64,000 nt of DNA from an uncultured Desulfospira sp. (GTDB lineage: Bacteria; Desulfobacterota; Desulfobacteria; Desulfobacterales; Desulfobacteraceae), in contig OY760175.1 of assembly GCA_963663165.1 (NCBI GenBank), positions 6,432,001 through 6,496,000 of the forward strand, read 5' to 3'. The notes under the pieces are model-generated. The model was not told the DNA's origin. It made no database searches and worked only from the letters and a program-made list of their open reading frames with translations. The translations under genes and the position numbers were made by a program. Shown piece after piece: positions 10,801-20,172 of the stretch (the stretch's first letter is position 1; the number at the start of each line of letters is the position of its first letter).

Positions 10801-11647
10801 TGGACGAAACAGGAGGATATGCAGAAACACCCCCACGGGTGTGGGGAAGACTAATCAGGCTTCTGCTCTGCCTGAATTACTTGAGAAACACCCCCACGGG
10901 TGTGGGGAAGACATTTCAGAACTATCAGGCGCAAAAAAAGAAGTAGAAACACCCCCACGGGTGTGGGGAAGACTGCACTATACCATATATAAAATCCTTG
11001 TCAACAAGAAACACCCCCACGGGTGTGGGGAAGACTAATTTTTTCAATAGCTTCTGCGATCATTTTCTAGAAACACCCCCACGGGTGTGGGGAAGACTAA
11101 CCTCCAAATCCACCCACACATGGAAAAAGAAGAAACACCCCCACGGGTGTGGGGAAGACTCAATAATGTCATAAAAGATGTAAAAGGTATGAGAAACACC
11201 CCCACGGGTGTGGGGAAGACTCACACGGTAGACATTTTCTAAAAACATAATGAGAAACACCCCCACGGGTGTGGGGAAGACCCGAGAAGGATAACACTTT
11301 CCCACCCTAACCGAGAAACACCCCCACGGGTGTGGGGAAGACGCCCTTGTTTGGGCGATAACATCAATCTAGACAGAAACACCCCCACGGGTGTGGGGAA
11401 GACACGGTAACGGTAACACACACACAACAAAGGAGAGAAACACCCCCACGGGTGTGGGGAAGACCCTACTTCTCCCTATATCGTAAACAATACCTTAGAA
11501 ACACCCCCACGGGTGTGGGGAAGACTGCCGTGCTGAAGTGTCATAGCTGTCAATCAGAGAAACACCCCCACGGGTGTGGGGAAGACTAGTAGTAGTGTAT
11601 AGAGCAGCATGGAGGTGTGGAAACACCCCCACGGGTGTGGGGAAGAC
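4900..11647 (-). CRISPR. Type I-E CRISPR array, 111 repeats / 110 spacers
   Basis: 28-bp repeat GTCTTCCCCACACCCGTGGGGGTGTTTC (minus strand); 61-bp period with ten 62-bp units (hand count); adjacent to cas2. Confidence 0.99.
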
Positions 11648-11700
11648 ACCAACAAGTTGTCAAAGATCAGTTAAACAGGCACAATATCTTGTGGTTGAGC
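11648..11700 (-). promoter_or_regulatory. CRISPR leader, overlapping the 3' end of cas2
   Basis: Only 23 nt between the cas2 stop and the first repeat; IHF-like CAA-N4-TTG next to the repeat. Confidence 0.6.
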
Positions 11701-11982
11701 CATAAATGATTTTTCAATGATTAACTGCATTCCGGAAATTTCGGTCAGTTTTTTTGTAGTTGATCCAATGGTACGGATTTCATATCCCGGCGGGTTGGAT
11801 ATGGATCTGAATATGGTGATACCGGAATCTGCCGGGCAGCGGTCATAAAGGTACTCAATTACGGATTTGGCCACAGAATCTTTTATGCCGGAAACGAATA
11901 TGTTGGCTCTTGGTTCTATAAACCAGAGTTTCATTCTGCCCCTTACAGCAGGCGGAAGCTTATTGGCCACGACGACAAGCAC
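11671..11982 (-). CDS. cas2: Type I-E Cas2
   Basis: GTG start after GGGAGA; VVVANKLPPAVRGRMKLWFIEPRANIFVSG; overlaps the cas1 end. Confidence 0.92.
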   Translation of the reverse strand: MLVVVANKLPPAVRGRMKLWFIEPRANIFVSGIKDSVAKSVIEYLYDRCPADSGITIFRSISNPPGYEIRTIGSTTKKLTEISGMQLIIEKSFMAQPQDIVPV

Positions 11983-12835
11983 TTTTTTCTCCCATAAGGT
12001 AAATGATATCTTTTGCAGACTGAGATAAAAGGTCCATTTCAATCACCCTTTCTCGAAAGGCGCTTGAAACCATATGTTTATTGTAAATGCCGGCCATCTC
12101 TTTGGTCAGGGAAAATGCCATATCAATACACAAGCGATCTTTGTACAAATCTGCCAGATCATAGATGAATGGCAGTGGGCTCCCGGAATGGATAAAACCG
12201 ATATGGGGGGAATATCCCATGGCATGGACAGCAGAACACAAGATTCCATAAAGCGCTGCATTGGCGGAGGTCAGTATCTGGTTGGTTACATCGCTCAATT
12301 CCATCTTACCGGGAGTAAACCTCCGTCCTTTCCATCCCACGCCGTATTCCCGGGCTTTTTCCTGATAAAATTGCCGCACCCGGTGCCCTTCCATTCCCAT
12401 CATTTCCTTTAAGGTTTTCCCCTTGAGTTCTGCATCTGGAAATCTGTAAGCATACATTTTTCTGGCGACTTTTAACGATTTTTCCGGATAAGCGGCAAGC
12501 ATCATCTGCCGTTTTAAATTCCGGGTGTCTGCTGTCGGCAAAAAGCCTGCGGCATAAAAAAGAAGGGTATCCTCACCCACCCAGCAGACAGAACAATTGG
12601 CTGCGGTGGCGGTCTTTACTGCTTCATGGGTGATGCTGGTCCCGGGTCCGAGAAGCAGGGTGTTAATCGTGGCCACAGGAAGCCGGACAACATGGCACTC
12701 TGAATCAATCCATTTAATACTGCTGTCGTCAATTTCCAGCCGCCCGCGTTCAAGATAGATAAAAGGATATTTGTCTTTTACCTGGGGCAGTGATTCCCTT
12801 GTGACTTTTATAAACAGGCGCTTTCCATTTGCCAT
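11960..12835 (-). CDS. cas1: Type I-E Cas1
   Basis: IYLERGRL, LLLGPGTSITHEA, MGMEGHRVR, GYSPHIGFIHSG, FIYDLADLYK. Confidence 0.97.
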   Translation of the reverse strand: MANGKRLFIKVTRESLPQVKDKYPFIYLERGRLEIDDSSIKWIDSECHVVRLPVATINTLLLGPGTSITHEAVKTATAANCSVCWVGEDTLLFYAAGFLPTADTRNLKRQMMLAAYPEKSLKVARKMYAYRFPDAELKGKTLKEMMGMEGHRVRQFYQEKAREYGVGWKGRRFTPGKMELSDVTNQILTSANAALYGILCSAVHAMGYSPHIGFIHSGSPLPFIYDLADLYKDRLCIDMAFSLTKEMAGIYNKHMVSSAFRERVIEMDLLSQSAKDIIYLMGEKSACRRGQ

Positions 12836-12838
12836 GAT

Positions 12839-13555
12839 TCAGCCTTCCACATCCAGAATCGTCACCATTCTATCCCGGTATCGCTTGTGTGGACCTAATT
12901 GAAGGGGGACATCGTTTAAAGAAAATATTTCGTCCCCGTCATGTTCTCCCTGCAAGATCTTAAAGCTCGGGACTCGGTTTTTCGTTTCTGCAAGTTTATC
13001 AGCCTTAGCAAAAGCGGCATCCGCAGTATCAAACTTCCCCTGGAAAATAAATTCAGTGGGCACACAGGATTTTCGTCCAAGATAGAGGTCCCATACCGGA
13101 CCTTGAAAATGCTGAATAAGTGTTTCAGCTTCCCGGCCGGGCACCTGCATGGCTGCAGCAAAAATCATATCCTGAATGTAGTATCGGTAGGTGATTTTTG
13201 TACCCCCGCCTACGGCTTTCTTCCCTTGGCTTGTTTTAGGAATAAGCAGGTTTTGCCACGGGTCGTTGGTATCGTAACCGCTGCCCACCATATGAAAATC
13301 CCGCAAAAGTGGTTCCCGGGGACAGGGGGCACCGTTGTTGCCCTTTCTTGCATAGGCGATGATTTGAAGGTCTAAGTCAGCAAATTCGCCCAGCCGTTTT
13401 TCCTGTTTTCCTCCTGCGCCAAGTGCACAGCAGGCCATTCCTATCAGGCCTGACTTGGTCGGAAAGTTCAACGTGTCCCGCCGGCCGAATTTTGAGTCAA
13501 ATCCCCAGGCCTGCAAAGGGCCTTCCAACCATAATAATAAATATGGATCCGTCAT
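12839..13555 (-). CDS. cas5e: Type I-E Cas5 (CasD)
   Basis: LLLWLEGPLQAWG, RRDTLNFPTKSGLIG, LYLGRKSCVP. Confidence 0.96.
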   Translation of the reverse strand: MTDPYLLLWLEGPLQAWGFDSKFGRRDTLNFPTKSGLIGMACCALGAGGKQEKRLGEFADLDLQIIAYARKGNNGAPCPREPLLRDFHMVGSGYDTNDPWQNLLIPKTSQGKKAVGGGTKITYRYYIQDMIFAAAMQVPGREAETLIQHFQGPVWDLYLGRKSCVPTEFIFQGKFDTADAAFAKADKLAETKNRVPSFKILQGEHDGDEIFSLNDVPLQLGPHKRYRDRMVTILDVEG

Positions 13556-13565
13556 GACAAACCTT

Positions 13566-14594
13566 CTATTTTATGTGGTCTTGAAGCGATGTGATCAAGT
13601 GATCAATGCTGTAATCCTCATTTTCACCCCATTCATAATCTCCCAGCTTGCCGTACAGGGAGCCGGAGAGCTTTTCCTTTTTAGCCAGTTCAGTTTTTAA
13701 ATGGGCGATACTGGGGTCGATATACCCGCCATGGATCGTTCTTACCGGTGTCTCATAAGAGACCTGAAGGCGCTGGCCTTTTCGAACAAGCACCTTTGCA
13801 AAATCCCAGGGGCAGGCCCCTGACTGGGTGGTCTGCCGGGCCGAGGGAACTGCCTGATACAATGCTTTGGTAAAGACGGAAATTGCCTGTTTCATGTCTT
13901 CTTTGTCCAGGGTTTCTGACAGCTGTCCCAAATCAAGACTCACATACCGGTAATACGTGGCGGAGTTAAATTCAAGACTTCCCATATGGGCGGACCCGGG
14001 TTCGTCCTGCAGATCGTCGATGGCAGTGAAAAATTCAACCTCATTGCCGGCCTTATGGGTTGAGATGGCATGGGAAAATGAAGCAGCCGCCTCCACATTC
14101 AGGTCGGCCGCCTTGGCTACCATCCTTCCGAAAAGAGCTATATCCAGAGCATTTAATGATCTATGAACGGCTTTTAGGGCTGCCTTGACAAGCGCTTTTT
14201 CTTTCAGTTCTGCAACATCAAAATTATTTTCTTTGGCATGCGCTGCCAATGCGCCTGACTCGCTGTCACTGATGAACAGTAATGTGTCATCACTTAGAAA
14301 CGATGCAATCTTTTCAGCACACGCCTGGGCTTTCTCATCATCAGCGCCGGCCAGGGTGCAGGCGTCTTTGATCAAAGCTTCGACTTTCTTGGTTCTTGTA
14401 CCCAGCTTGACGCCGTACTCAGCCATGGCCAGCCTGACCTGCCGCTTCCAGCACTGGGAGCTGACACGGGCCCTGGTAACCCCGCCGACTACAGCGGTTT
14501 TGGGGGCGCCCACATCGTCCCTGTTCAGACAGGTGACAGGAAAAGATTGAAGAATATGGTACTCAATACGGGTGTTTTTCAGGGAATCGTCCAT
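13566..14594 (-). CDS. cas7e: Type I-E Cas7 (CasC/Cse4)
   Basis: HILQSFPVTCLNRDDVGAPKT, RVSSQCWKR, DIALFGRMVA, EFFTAIDD. Confidence 0.97.
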   Translation of the reverse strand: MDDSLKNTRIEYHILQSFPVTCLNRDDVGAPKTAVVGGVTRARVSSQCWKRQVRLAMAEYGVKLGTRTKKVEALIKDACTLAGADDEKAQACAEKIASFLSDDTLLFISDSESGALAAHAKENNFDVAELKEKALVKAALKAVHRSLNALDIALFGRMVAKAADLNVEAAASFSHAISTHKAGNEVEFFTAIDDLQDEPGSAHMGSLEFNSATYYRYVSLDLGQLSETLDKEDMKQAISVFTKALYQAVPSARQTTQSGACPWDFAKVLVRKGQRLQVSYETPVRTIHGGYIDPSIAHLKTELAKKEKLSGSLYGKLGDYEWGENEDYSIDHLITSLQDHIK

Positions 14595-14610
14595 TTTTCT
14601 ATCCTTTTAT

Positions 14611-15261
14611 TTAATATAACGGGTTATGTGATAGCGGAACAATTTGCAGCAGGCCACAGCCAAAGGACCGGGCACGGCCAATGCCCTGTCTGAAGCTTCG
14701 GATAAAGGCATCCCGGTCTATGACCTTCAGTTCACCTTCTATGGCTGCCTGGGCGATGGTAACAGGCTGCAGGTTTTTTCCCTTGAAAGTAAGGACTTCT
14801 ACATTGTTCACCTGCAGCCTTGGCGTTTCACAATCAAATCCCCAACTTTGTTTTGACCTTTCAATAAACCACCGGGCTATATTCTCTCTTCCCTTAACCG
14901 GTATCAGTTTTCTGGTCTTATTATTTCTGCGGCAGGGGTTGACCGTTGTTTTGAAACGGTAGTTTTCATACTTAAATAAAGAAGGTTTGATTTTTTTGGT
15001 TTCCACCTCCCCGTATTGGCCGTTGACACAGGGGGAGGGCATGCGGTCTGAAATCATAAGAATCTTGCGGTTTAGAAAATTACCGCCTTCATCATTGTAA
15101 ACAATACCGCTTGATTTGCTTTTATTTTTTTCACCTTCGCTTCTCACATCCTGAAAAAGGCTGTAGACGGTTCTGTGGATGGAGTAAGGATCAGTAATTC
15201 TTAATGCTTTCATGGCAGTCCGGTCTAATCTGAGCATGCTGGCATATAGGGGAGAATCCAT
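14611..15261 (-). CDS. cas6e: Type I-E Cas6 (CasE/Cse3)
   Basis: Start MDSPLYASML; DPYSIHRTV; G-rich loop GIGRARSFGCGLL. Confidence 0.95.
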   Translation of the reverse strand: MDSPLYASMLRLDRTAMKALRITDPYSIHRTVYSLFQDVRSEGEKNKSKSSGIVYNDEGGNFLNRKILMISDRMPSPCVNGQYGEVETKKIKPSLFKYENYRFKTTVNPCRRNNKTRKLIPVKGRENIARWFIERSKQSWGFDCETPRLQVNNVEVLTFKGKNLQPVTIAQAAIEGELKVIDRDAFIRSFRQGIGRARSFGCGLLQIVPLSHNPLY

Positions 15262-15803
15262 TATTTTTCTCCTTGATTTAAACTTTTCCCGCTGTAAAAT
15301 TCCTGGGCCCAGCTGGCTTTTACGGTTTGTCCATCCCACGAAAATTTTAGAAGCTGTTTCAAGATTTTTATGTAGTCAAGGGACTGACTGGTTTTGCTGT
15401 TGATCAATGAAAAAAGCGGCCTTAAAATACGGCACAGTTCCGATATATCCTGGCAGGCCAGCAGCCGTCGAAGTTTGGCCTTTGCCTGATCACTCTGGTT
15501 GCCGTCCTCATAACATGATGCAATGGCCTTACCAAGAGAAAGCCGGCCGGTACTCTCTACTTTTGCTTTGGCAATGGCCGCTGCAATTGTCACATAGGGA
15601 AGCCGCCAGCGCTCTTTCACAAGATCAATACCAAAAGCCGCCAGTGTTTCCCAGCTTTGATATTCGGTATCCGGGTTGTCGGATCGTTTCAGTCTTGCGG
15701 CGTATCCTTTATCCTGCCCACATTTTTTTATTACGAATTCGACAAATTTTGTGGGTTTATCGGCAGGTTTTACTGCCTGCTCCTTGTCTGCGGTATTCAT
15801 CAC
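15261..15803 (-). CDS. casB: Type I-E Cas11 (CasB/Cse2)
   Basis: 180 aa helical protein between casA and cas6e; DKGYAARLKRSDNP, KLRRLLAC. Confidence 0.9.
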   Translation of the reverse strand: MMNTADKEQAVKPADKPTKFVEFVIKKCGQDKGYAARLKRSDNPDTEYQSWETLAAFGIDLVKERWRLPYVTIAAAIAKAKVESTGRLSLGKAIASCYEDGNQSDQAKAKLRRLLACQDISELCRILRPLFSLINSKTSQSLDYIKILKQLLKFSWDGQTVKASWAQEFYSGKSLNQGEK

Positions 15804-17278
15804 TCCTCCTTTTTCAGGTAATTAGACAGGTTGGGACGGCATTTTGCCCAGGCATCCATCTGCCGGGCCGTGTCATTGGGGCAGCACTGGTTGTAGACCG
15901 TATGAACATATCCTGCAAACTTACGGCGCAGGCGTTCCCTTTCCATTGCCGATTCCGGTACATCGTCACAGGCATTTATCAGATATTGGAAATCCCGCTC
16001 GCAGAGTTGCCAGAACTGGTTTGTACCATTCCCGGCAAAGGCGCCGCCATCAGACAGTTGTGTTTTATAAAAGTTCAGGATGCTGCCGTATAGTTTTTTA
16101 GCGATACCTTCAAGATGCTCCATTTCTAAAATCAGTTGGTTGAACCAGGGGGTGTCTGAGATAAATTCCGGTTTCAGTCTGACTTCCGATTCTACAAAAT
16201 CATTGGAACCAGAGACATATTGCTCTCCTGCATTGCTGCTCACACGAAGCCCGCCGGACCAGATTGTAAATGAAGTTGCTGTATGGCGTGTCCTTGGCAT
16301 GGAAATATATAGCTGAAAGCACTCAAAACGGCGTTTTGCCTGTTTAACAAAGCTGAGCATGGCCGGCAGTTGCCGCCAGGGCCTTTTTTCTGGATCAGCC
16401 CAGAGAACTTTATTTTTTTTGCCGCTGCAATCAATGGCAATTGTCGGATCAAAAAAGCCGTCCAGATAGTTCAAATGCGAAATTCCCTCTGAATAATGAA
16501 CCCCGTCTTTATCTAAAAGGCAGAATCTGCACATAGGGATCAACCGACCCATTAATGTTGTTTTTAGTTCTTGGGCAACAGGGCAGTCTTCTCCCTGGGG
16601 CATCTTTTCCCAGGGGGCATTGCCGACACCACCAGAAAAGATTCCGGATGAATGTATATTTTTTTGCGTAAACAAATTCATCCATAGGGAATCCAGCAAA
16701 AAATCTCCATAGATAAAAGAGTGTAATAACCCCATATGGGCTATTGCAGGACCTGGTTTGCCTGCCTTTGTCTTGCCCTTATACCCTACAGTTAAAGACA
16801 AGGAGTTATCGACTTTTTTACCGCCCAGGGCAAACCCCATCAGGGTCACCAGCAGCAAGGCTTTTTCAGCATGGCTGAGTATCCTTTCCACCTGAGACTG
16901 GGTGTGAACGGTTGTGTTTCCAGTGGAAACTTCCGGTAAAAGCGCTCCATACGGCTGCTTTTCGGCATGGAATATTGCGGGCATCTGCAAAAAAGGTTTC
17001 TCACCATAAAGAAAAAACTGGCCATGCCATGTTTCCAGGTAAGCTGTGCATTTTTCAGAAAGTCCCTGGGCACCCAATTTTCGCCACTCTTCTTCATTTT
17101 CCGGCGTTGCAGCTGCCTGGGCAATGGCGAGCAGCAATTTCATCACCGCGATTTTTTGAACAGGGTTGCCGCCCAGCCGACGGTACTCAGAATTTGTGAA
17201 TATCTGTCCCAGGCTGACCCGGCCCGCACCTGCAACCGGTATCCAGGGTTCGTCAATCAGGTTGAATCGGTTTTCCAT
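15800..17278 (-). CDS. casA: Type I-E Cas8e (CasA/Cse1)
   Basis: FNLIDEPWIPV N-terminus, FFLYGEKPFLQ, position in the operon. Confidence 0.93.
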   Translation of the reverse strand: MENRFNLIDEPWIPVAGAGRVSLGQIFTNSEYRRLGGNPVQKIAVMKLLLAIAQAAATPENEEEWRKLGAQGLSEKCTAYLETWHGQFFLYGEKPFLQMPAIFHAEKQPYGALLPEVSTGNTTVHTQSQVERILSHAEKALLLVTLMGFALGGKKVDNSLSLTVGYKGKTKAGKPGPAIAHMGLLHSFIYGDFLLDSLWMNLFTQKNIHSSGIFSGGVGNAPWEKMPQGEDCPVAQELKTTLMGRLIPMCRFCLLDKDGVHYSEGISHLNYLDGFFDPTIAIDCSGKKNKVLWADPEKRPWRQLPAMLSFVKQAKRRFECFQLYISMPRTRHTATSFTIWSGGLRVSSNAGEQYVSGSNDFVESEVRLKPEFISDTPWFNQLILEMEHLEGIAKKLYGSILNFYKTQLSDGGAFAGNGTNQFWQLCERDFQYLINACDDVPESAMERERLRRKFAGYVHTVYNQCCPNDTARQMDAWAKCRPNLSNYLKKEE

Positions 17279-17281
17279 AAA

Positions 17282-19891
17282 CTATTCCTTTTGTTTCATG
17301 CTGCAGTATCCCAGGTCTTTGCGGTATTGCAAAATACGGGTATCATGGACTGGGGCTCCCTGATAGCCCTTTAAAGTGCCGGTTTCATCAACCAGGGCCA
17401 CGCGCAGTAAAGACTCGTCATGTTCTTCTTTGCCGATATACAGGCAGTTGCCAAGGCCGATTTTTTCAAGCCAGTTACGGGGTATCTGTATGGGGGCTGT
17501 TTTAAATCCTGTCTTTACTATCTGATTCATTAGACTCACAGCCTTGTTCTTCCATTCTTTTTGCCCAAGCCTGTACCGGGCCCATGGTAAAACAACAGAT
17601 TCCCCGTTAATCAATGTCAGCCTGGTTTCTTTTTTCCCCGGAGGGGCTGATATGTCTTTGAGCAGTAATACATCAATGGACTCCATTTCGGAGTACCGGG
17701 TCTGCGCTTTTGTTTCCGGAAGGGTTTTGCCCTCTTTTGAAAGCGTAATTTGGGCCAGTTGCCTTAGAGCGTTTTTCCCTTTTGTGTAGCGGGTTCCGTT
17801 TTCAAGTTCATAAATCAGTTCCGCCATGAAGCCGTTTTCTTCTTGTTCCTGATAGGTTGCTTCAATGAGGGGACGAATATCATCCGGCAGCCTGATGGTC
17901 TGGCATTTTCCCCACACGTCAAGGCTTCGATGCAGTACATAGGGGTTGTAGATATAGCCGCTGACCCCAAAAGCCGTTTTTGGATTTTTTTTCAAAGAAG
18001 AACTGTCCGGCATGATGAGCAAGGCCTGCCTTTTGGCACGGGTGTGTCTCGGGGTGCCCTCATGCCGCCACAGCCGTCCTATTCTCTGGAAAAGCATATC
18101 TGTTGGACAAAACCGGGTCACCAGAAAGTCGGCATCAATATCAAGGGACTGTTCAAGCACCTGTGTCCCAATCAGCAGTCGGCCCTGCTGTCCCCGGGTT
18201 TCCCATCCCTTTTTCCCAAACTGGCTGACCCAGAAATTTTCCTTTTCCCTTCGGTGTTCCGGCGTGAACCTGGAATGAAGCAGGCCGCTGGCTACACCAA
18301 GTTCCGCTGCCCGCGCAGCCATTGAAAGATAGGTGCGCTGGGCATCTTCCACACTGTTTTCAATCCAGAGAACCTGTTGGCCGTCTGCGGCCCTGTCCAG
18401 AGCAATCTCTTTTGCCGGGGCGTCATCGGTCTGAAACCTTATGGTGACTTCCACAGACGAATGGTCCATCACGGGATCTTCAATTGTGGTTAGTCCGGGT
18501 TTTATGGCCGTGACCAGCGGATAGTCCCGGGCCTCTAATTTTGAACCGATCAGCATCTGTTTTCGCTGCCTGCTTAATGTTGCGCTTAAGATGATGACCG
18601 TGCAGGACAGATGTTGTAAAAGCTTTATCAGTGCATCAAGAATTGTTCCGGTATAAACATCATAGGTGTGAACCTCATCCAGGATAACCACTTTTCCTGA
18701 AAGGCCAAATGCCCGGACAAAACCATGCTTGACATTCATGGCCGCCATCAACGCCTGATCAATGGTCCCAACGGCAAATGGCGCCAGAATGCCTCTCTTG
18801 CCGGTGTTAAACCATGCGCCTCCCGGCCGGCCCTCTTCTCCCATGTCAGACCCGTGAAGGAGCCATGCCGAACCATGCAGCAGGAGGGCCTGACGGTTTT
18901 TAAAGCCGGGATCAAGGATGGCATCAAGAAACGTGTTAAACCGCTCGTAAATTTTATTGGATGTAAGTTGCGTGGGAAGAGCAAAATAAATCCCCCGTGC
19001 CTTTTCATTACTTAAAAGCTGATAAGCCGCATATAAAGCCGCTTCTGTTTTGCCGAGCCCCATGGGAGCCTCAAGTATATAAACGCCGGGGCCGGTTGTA
19101 TGGATAAACAGTTTTTCCTGGATTTCGTATGGGGAAAAACCAAAAATATGTTTAAAATCCAGATTTTTCCTGAAACGGGGTGAAATAAAGCCAGCCCTGT
19201 CAAGGGCAGTGGAAATACTATCCTGCCAAGGCTTTGCCGGGTTTTCGAAATATGCCCCTGAGCCGATCCAGTCAGCAACCGAGGTGACCCCTGCGATCAA
19301 GCGTGCCTGTTCAGGGCTTTTAATCTCAGGCCACTGTGTTTGCAGTTCTCTTTTAAGTTCTTCAACGAATGATTCTCTTTCCCGCTGCCATACTTCTCCG
19401 CCAAGAACTTTTCCCTGGGCAGTATAAAGCCCGGTTGAAGGGGTGAATCCGTGGTGCTGTCCAGAGATCTCCGGGATATAGGGGCCTGGATTTATCTCAT
19501 CCAGGCAGATCTGACTGGTCCCGGCATGGCCGCCCCAAAGCGATTCCAGCTGTGGTTCTATATTGAGAAACGGGTAGTCGCCTGGTTGAAAACCATGTGT
19601 GTTCTGTAAGATTTTTTTTTGAAACGTCGGGCTGATTTTCCCGACATCATGGATACCTGCAGCAAGCTCGAATCCTCTTGGAAAAAGTTTTTTTGCTATT
19701 TTTTCCGGAATACGCGCAACAAGTTCTTTGGCAACTTCAGCAACAATAAGGCAATGCTCATAAACTGTTCTGCCGGTTTTACTGATCCCTTCAGGGGTTT
19801 GAAATGTTTTGGCAAAACAGGCGTTAAATGGAACGGCACGATCCTTTACCTGACTGGAAGCTTTATTTAACTTGTTTTTGGGTCCGCGCAT
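17282..19891 (-). CDS. cas3: Cas3 HD nuclease-helicase
   Basis: HDVGKISP, ADWIGS, EAPMGLGKTE, DEVH, LSAT, QVLEQSLDID, QRIGRLWRH. Confidence 0.97.
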   Translation of the reverse strand: MRGPKNKLNKASSQVKDRAVPFNACFAKTFQTPEGISKTGRTVYEHCLIVAEVAKELVARIPEKIAKKLFPRGFELAAGIHDVGKISPTFQKKILQNTHGFQPGDYPFLNIEPQLESLWGGHAGTSQICLDEINPGPYIPEISGQHHGFTPSTGLYTAQGKVLGGEVWQRERESFVEELKRELQTQWPEIKSPEQARLIAGVTSVADWIGSGAYFENPAKPWQDSISTALDRAGFISPRFRKNLDFKHIFGFSPYEIQEKLFIHTTGPGVYILEAPMGLGKTEAALYAAYQLLSNEKARGIYFALPTQLTSNKIYERFNTFLDAILDPGFKNRQALLLHGSAWLLHGSDMGEEGRPGGAWFNTGKRGILAPFAVGTIDQALMAAMNVKHGFVRAFGLSGKVVILDEVHTYDVYTGTILDALIKLLQHLSCTVIILSATLSRQRKQMLIGSKLEARDYPLVTAIKPGLTTIEDPVMDHSSVEVTIRFQTDDAPAKEIALDRAADGQQVLWIENSVEDAQRTYLSMAARAAELGVASGLLHSRFTPEHRREKENFWVSQFGKKGWETRGQQGRLLIGTQVLEQSLDIDADFLVTRFCPTDMLFQRIGRLWRHEGTPRHTRAKRQALLIMPDSSSLKKNPKTAFGVSGYIYNPYVLHRSLDVWGKCQTIRLPDDIRPLIEATYQEQEENGFMAELIYELENGTRYTKGKNALRQLAQITLSKEGKTLPETKAQTRYSEMESIDVLLLKDISAPPGKKETRLTLINGESVVLPWARYRLGQKEWKNKAVSLMNQIVKTGFKTAPIQIPRNWLEKIGLGNCLYIGKEEHDESLLRVALVDETGTLKGYQGAPVHDTRILQYRKDLGYCSMKQKE

Positions 19892-19981
19892 GCTTAAAAC
19901 CTTTTTTTAAGTTAAGCGCCGGTTATTCATTTTGATCTATGAACTTGAAAAGCAATTGATAATTTGCACAACCATCACATC

Positions 19982-20105
19982 TCAGCCAAGGCGTAACTCC
20001 ATATCCACCGTTTCCCAGGGCAGGGCGCTGCGGGCCACATTGACAATGACCGCTTCTATGGGGCTGCCGCCGTCCATGAGCATTATCCATCTTGGCACAT
20101 GGCAT
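19982..20105 (-). pseudogene. Possible C-terminal remnant of a HIRAN-like gene
   Basis: Minus frame ...CHVPRW..LMDGGSPIEAVIVNVARSALPWETVDMELRLG* resembles HIRAN C-termini; no start or N-terminus. Confidence 0.3.
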
Positions 20106-20106
20106 A

Positions 20107-20141
20107 AGCATACCACCCTGCAGGATCATTCCGTGATCCTG
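20107..20141 (-). promoter_or_regulatory. Predicted cas operon promoter: WYL-regulator operator plus extended -10
   Basis: Perfect inverted repeat CAGGATCA-N5-TGATCCTG (20121..20141), followed 8 nt later on the minus strand by TG-N-TATGCT (-10 at 20112..20107). Confidence 0.65.
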
Positions 20142-20172
20142 GGGGAATTTTTTTTCTAATTTTTTCCCCCTG

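Noticed and set aside
4928..11619. Self-targeting spacers
   Set aside because: None noticed by eye within the window; needs a computational search, so not claimed either way.
4900..11647. Dozens of ORFs with ETPPRVWGR / KHPHGCGED / SSPHPWGCF repeats
   Set aside because: Translations of the CRISPR repeat; not proteins.
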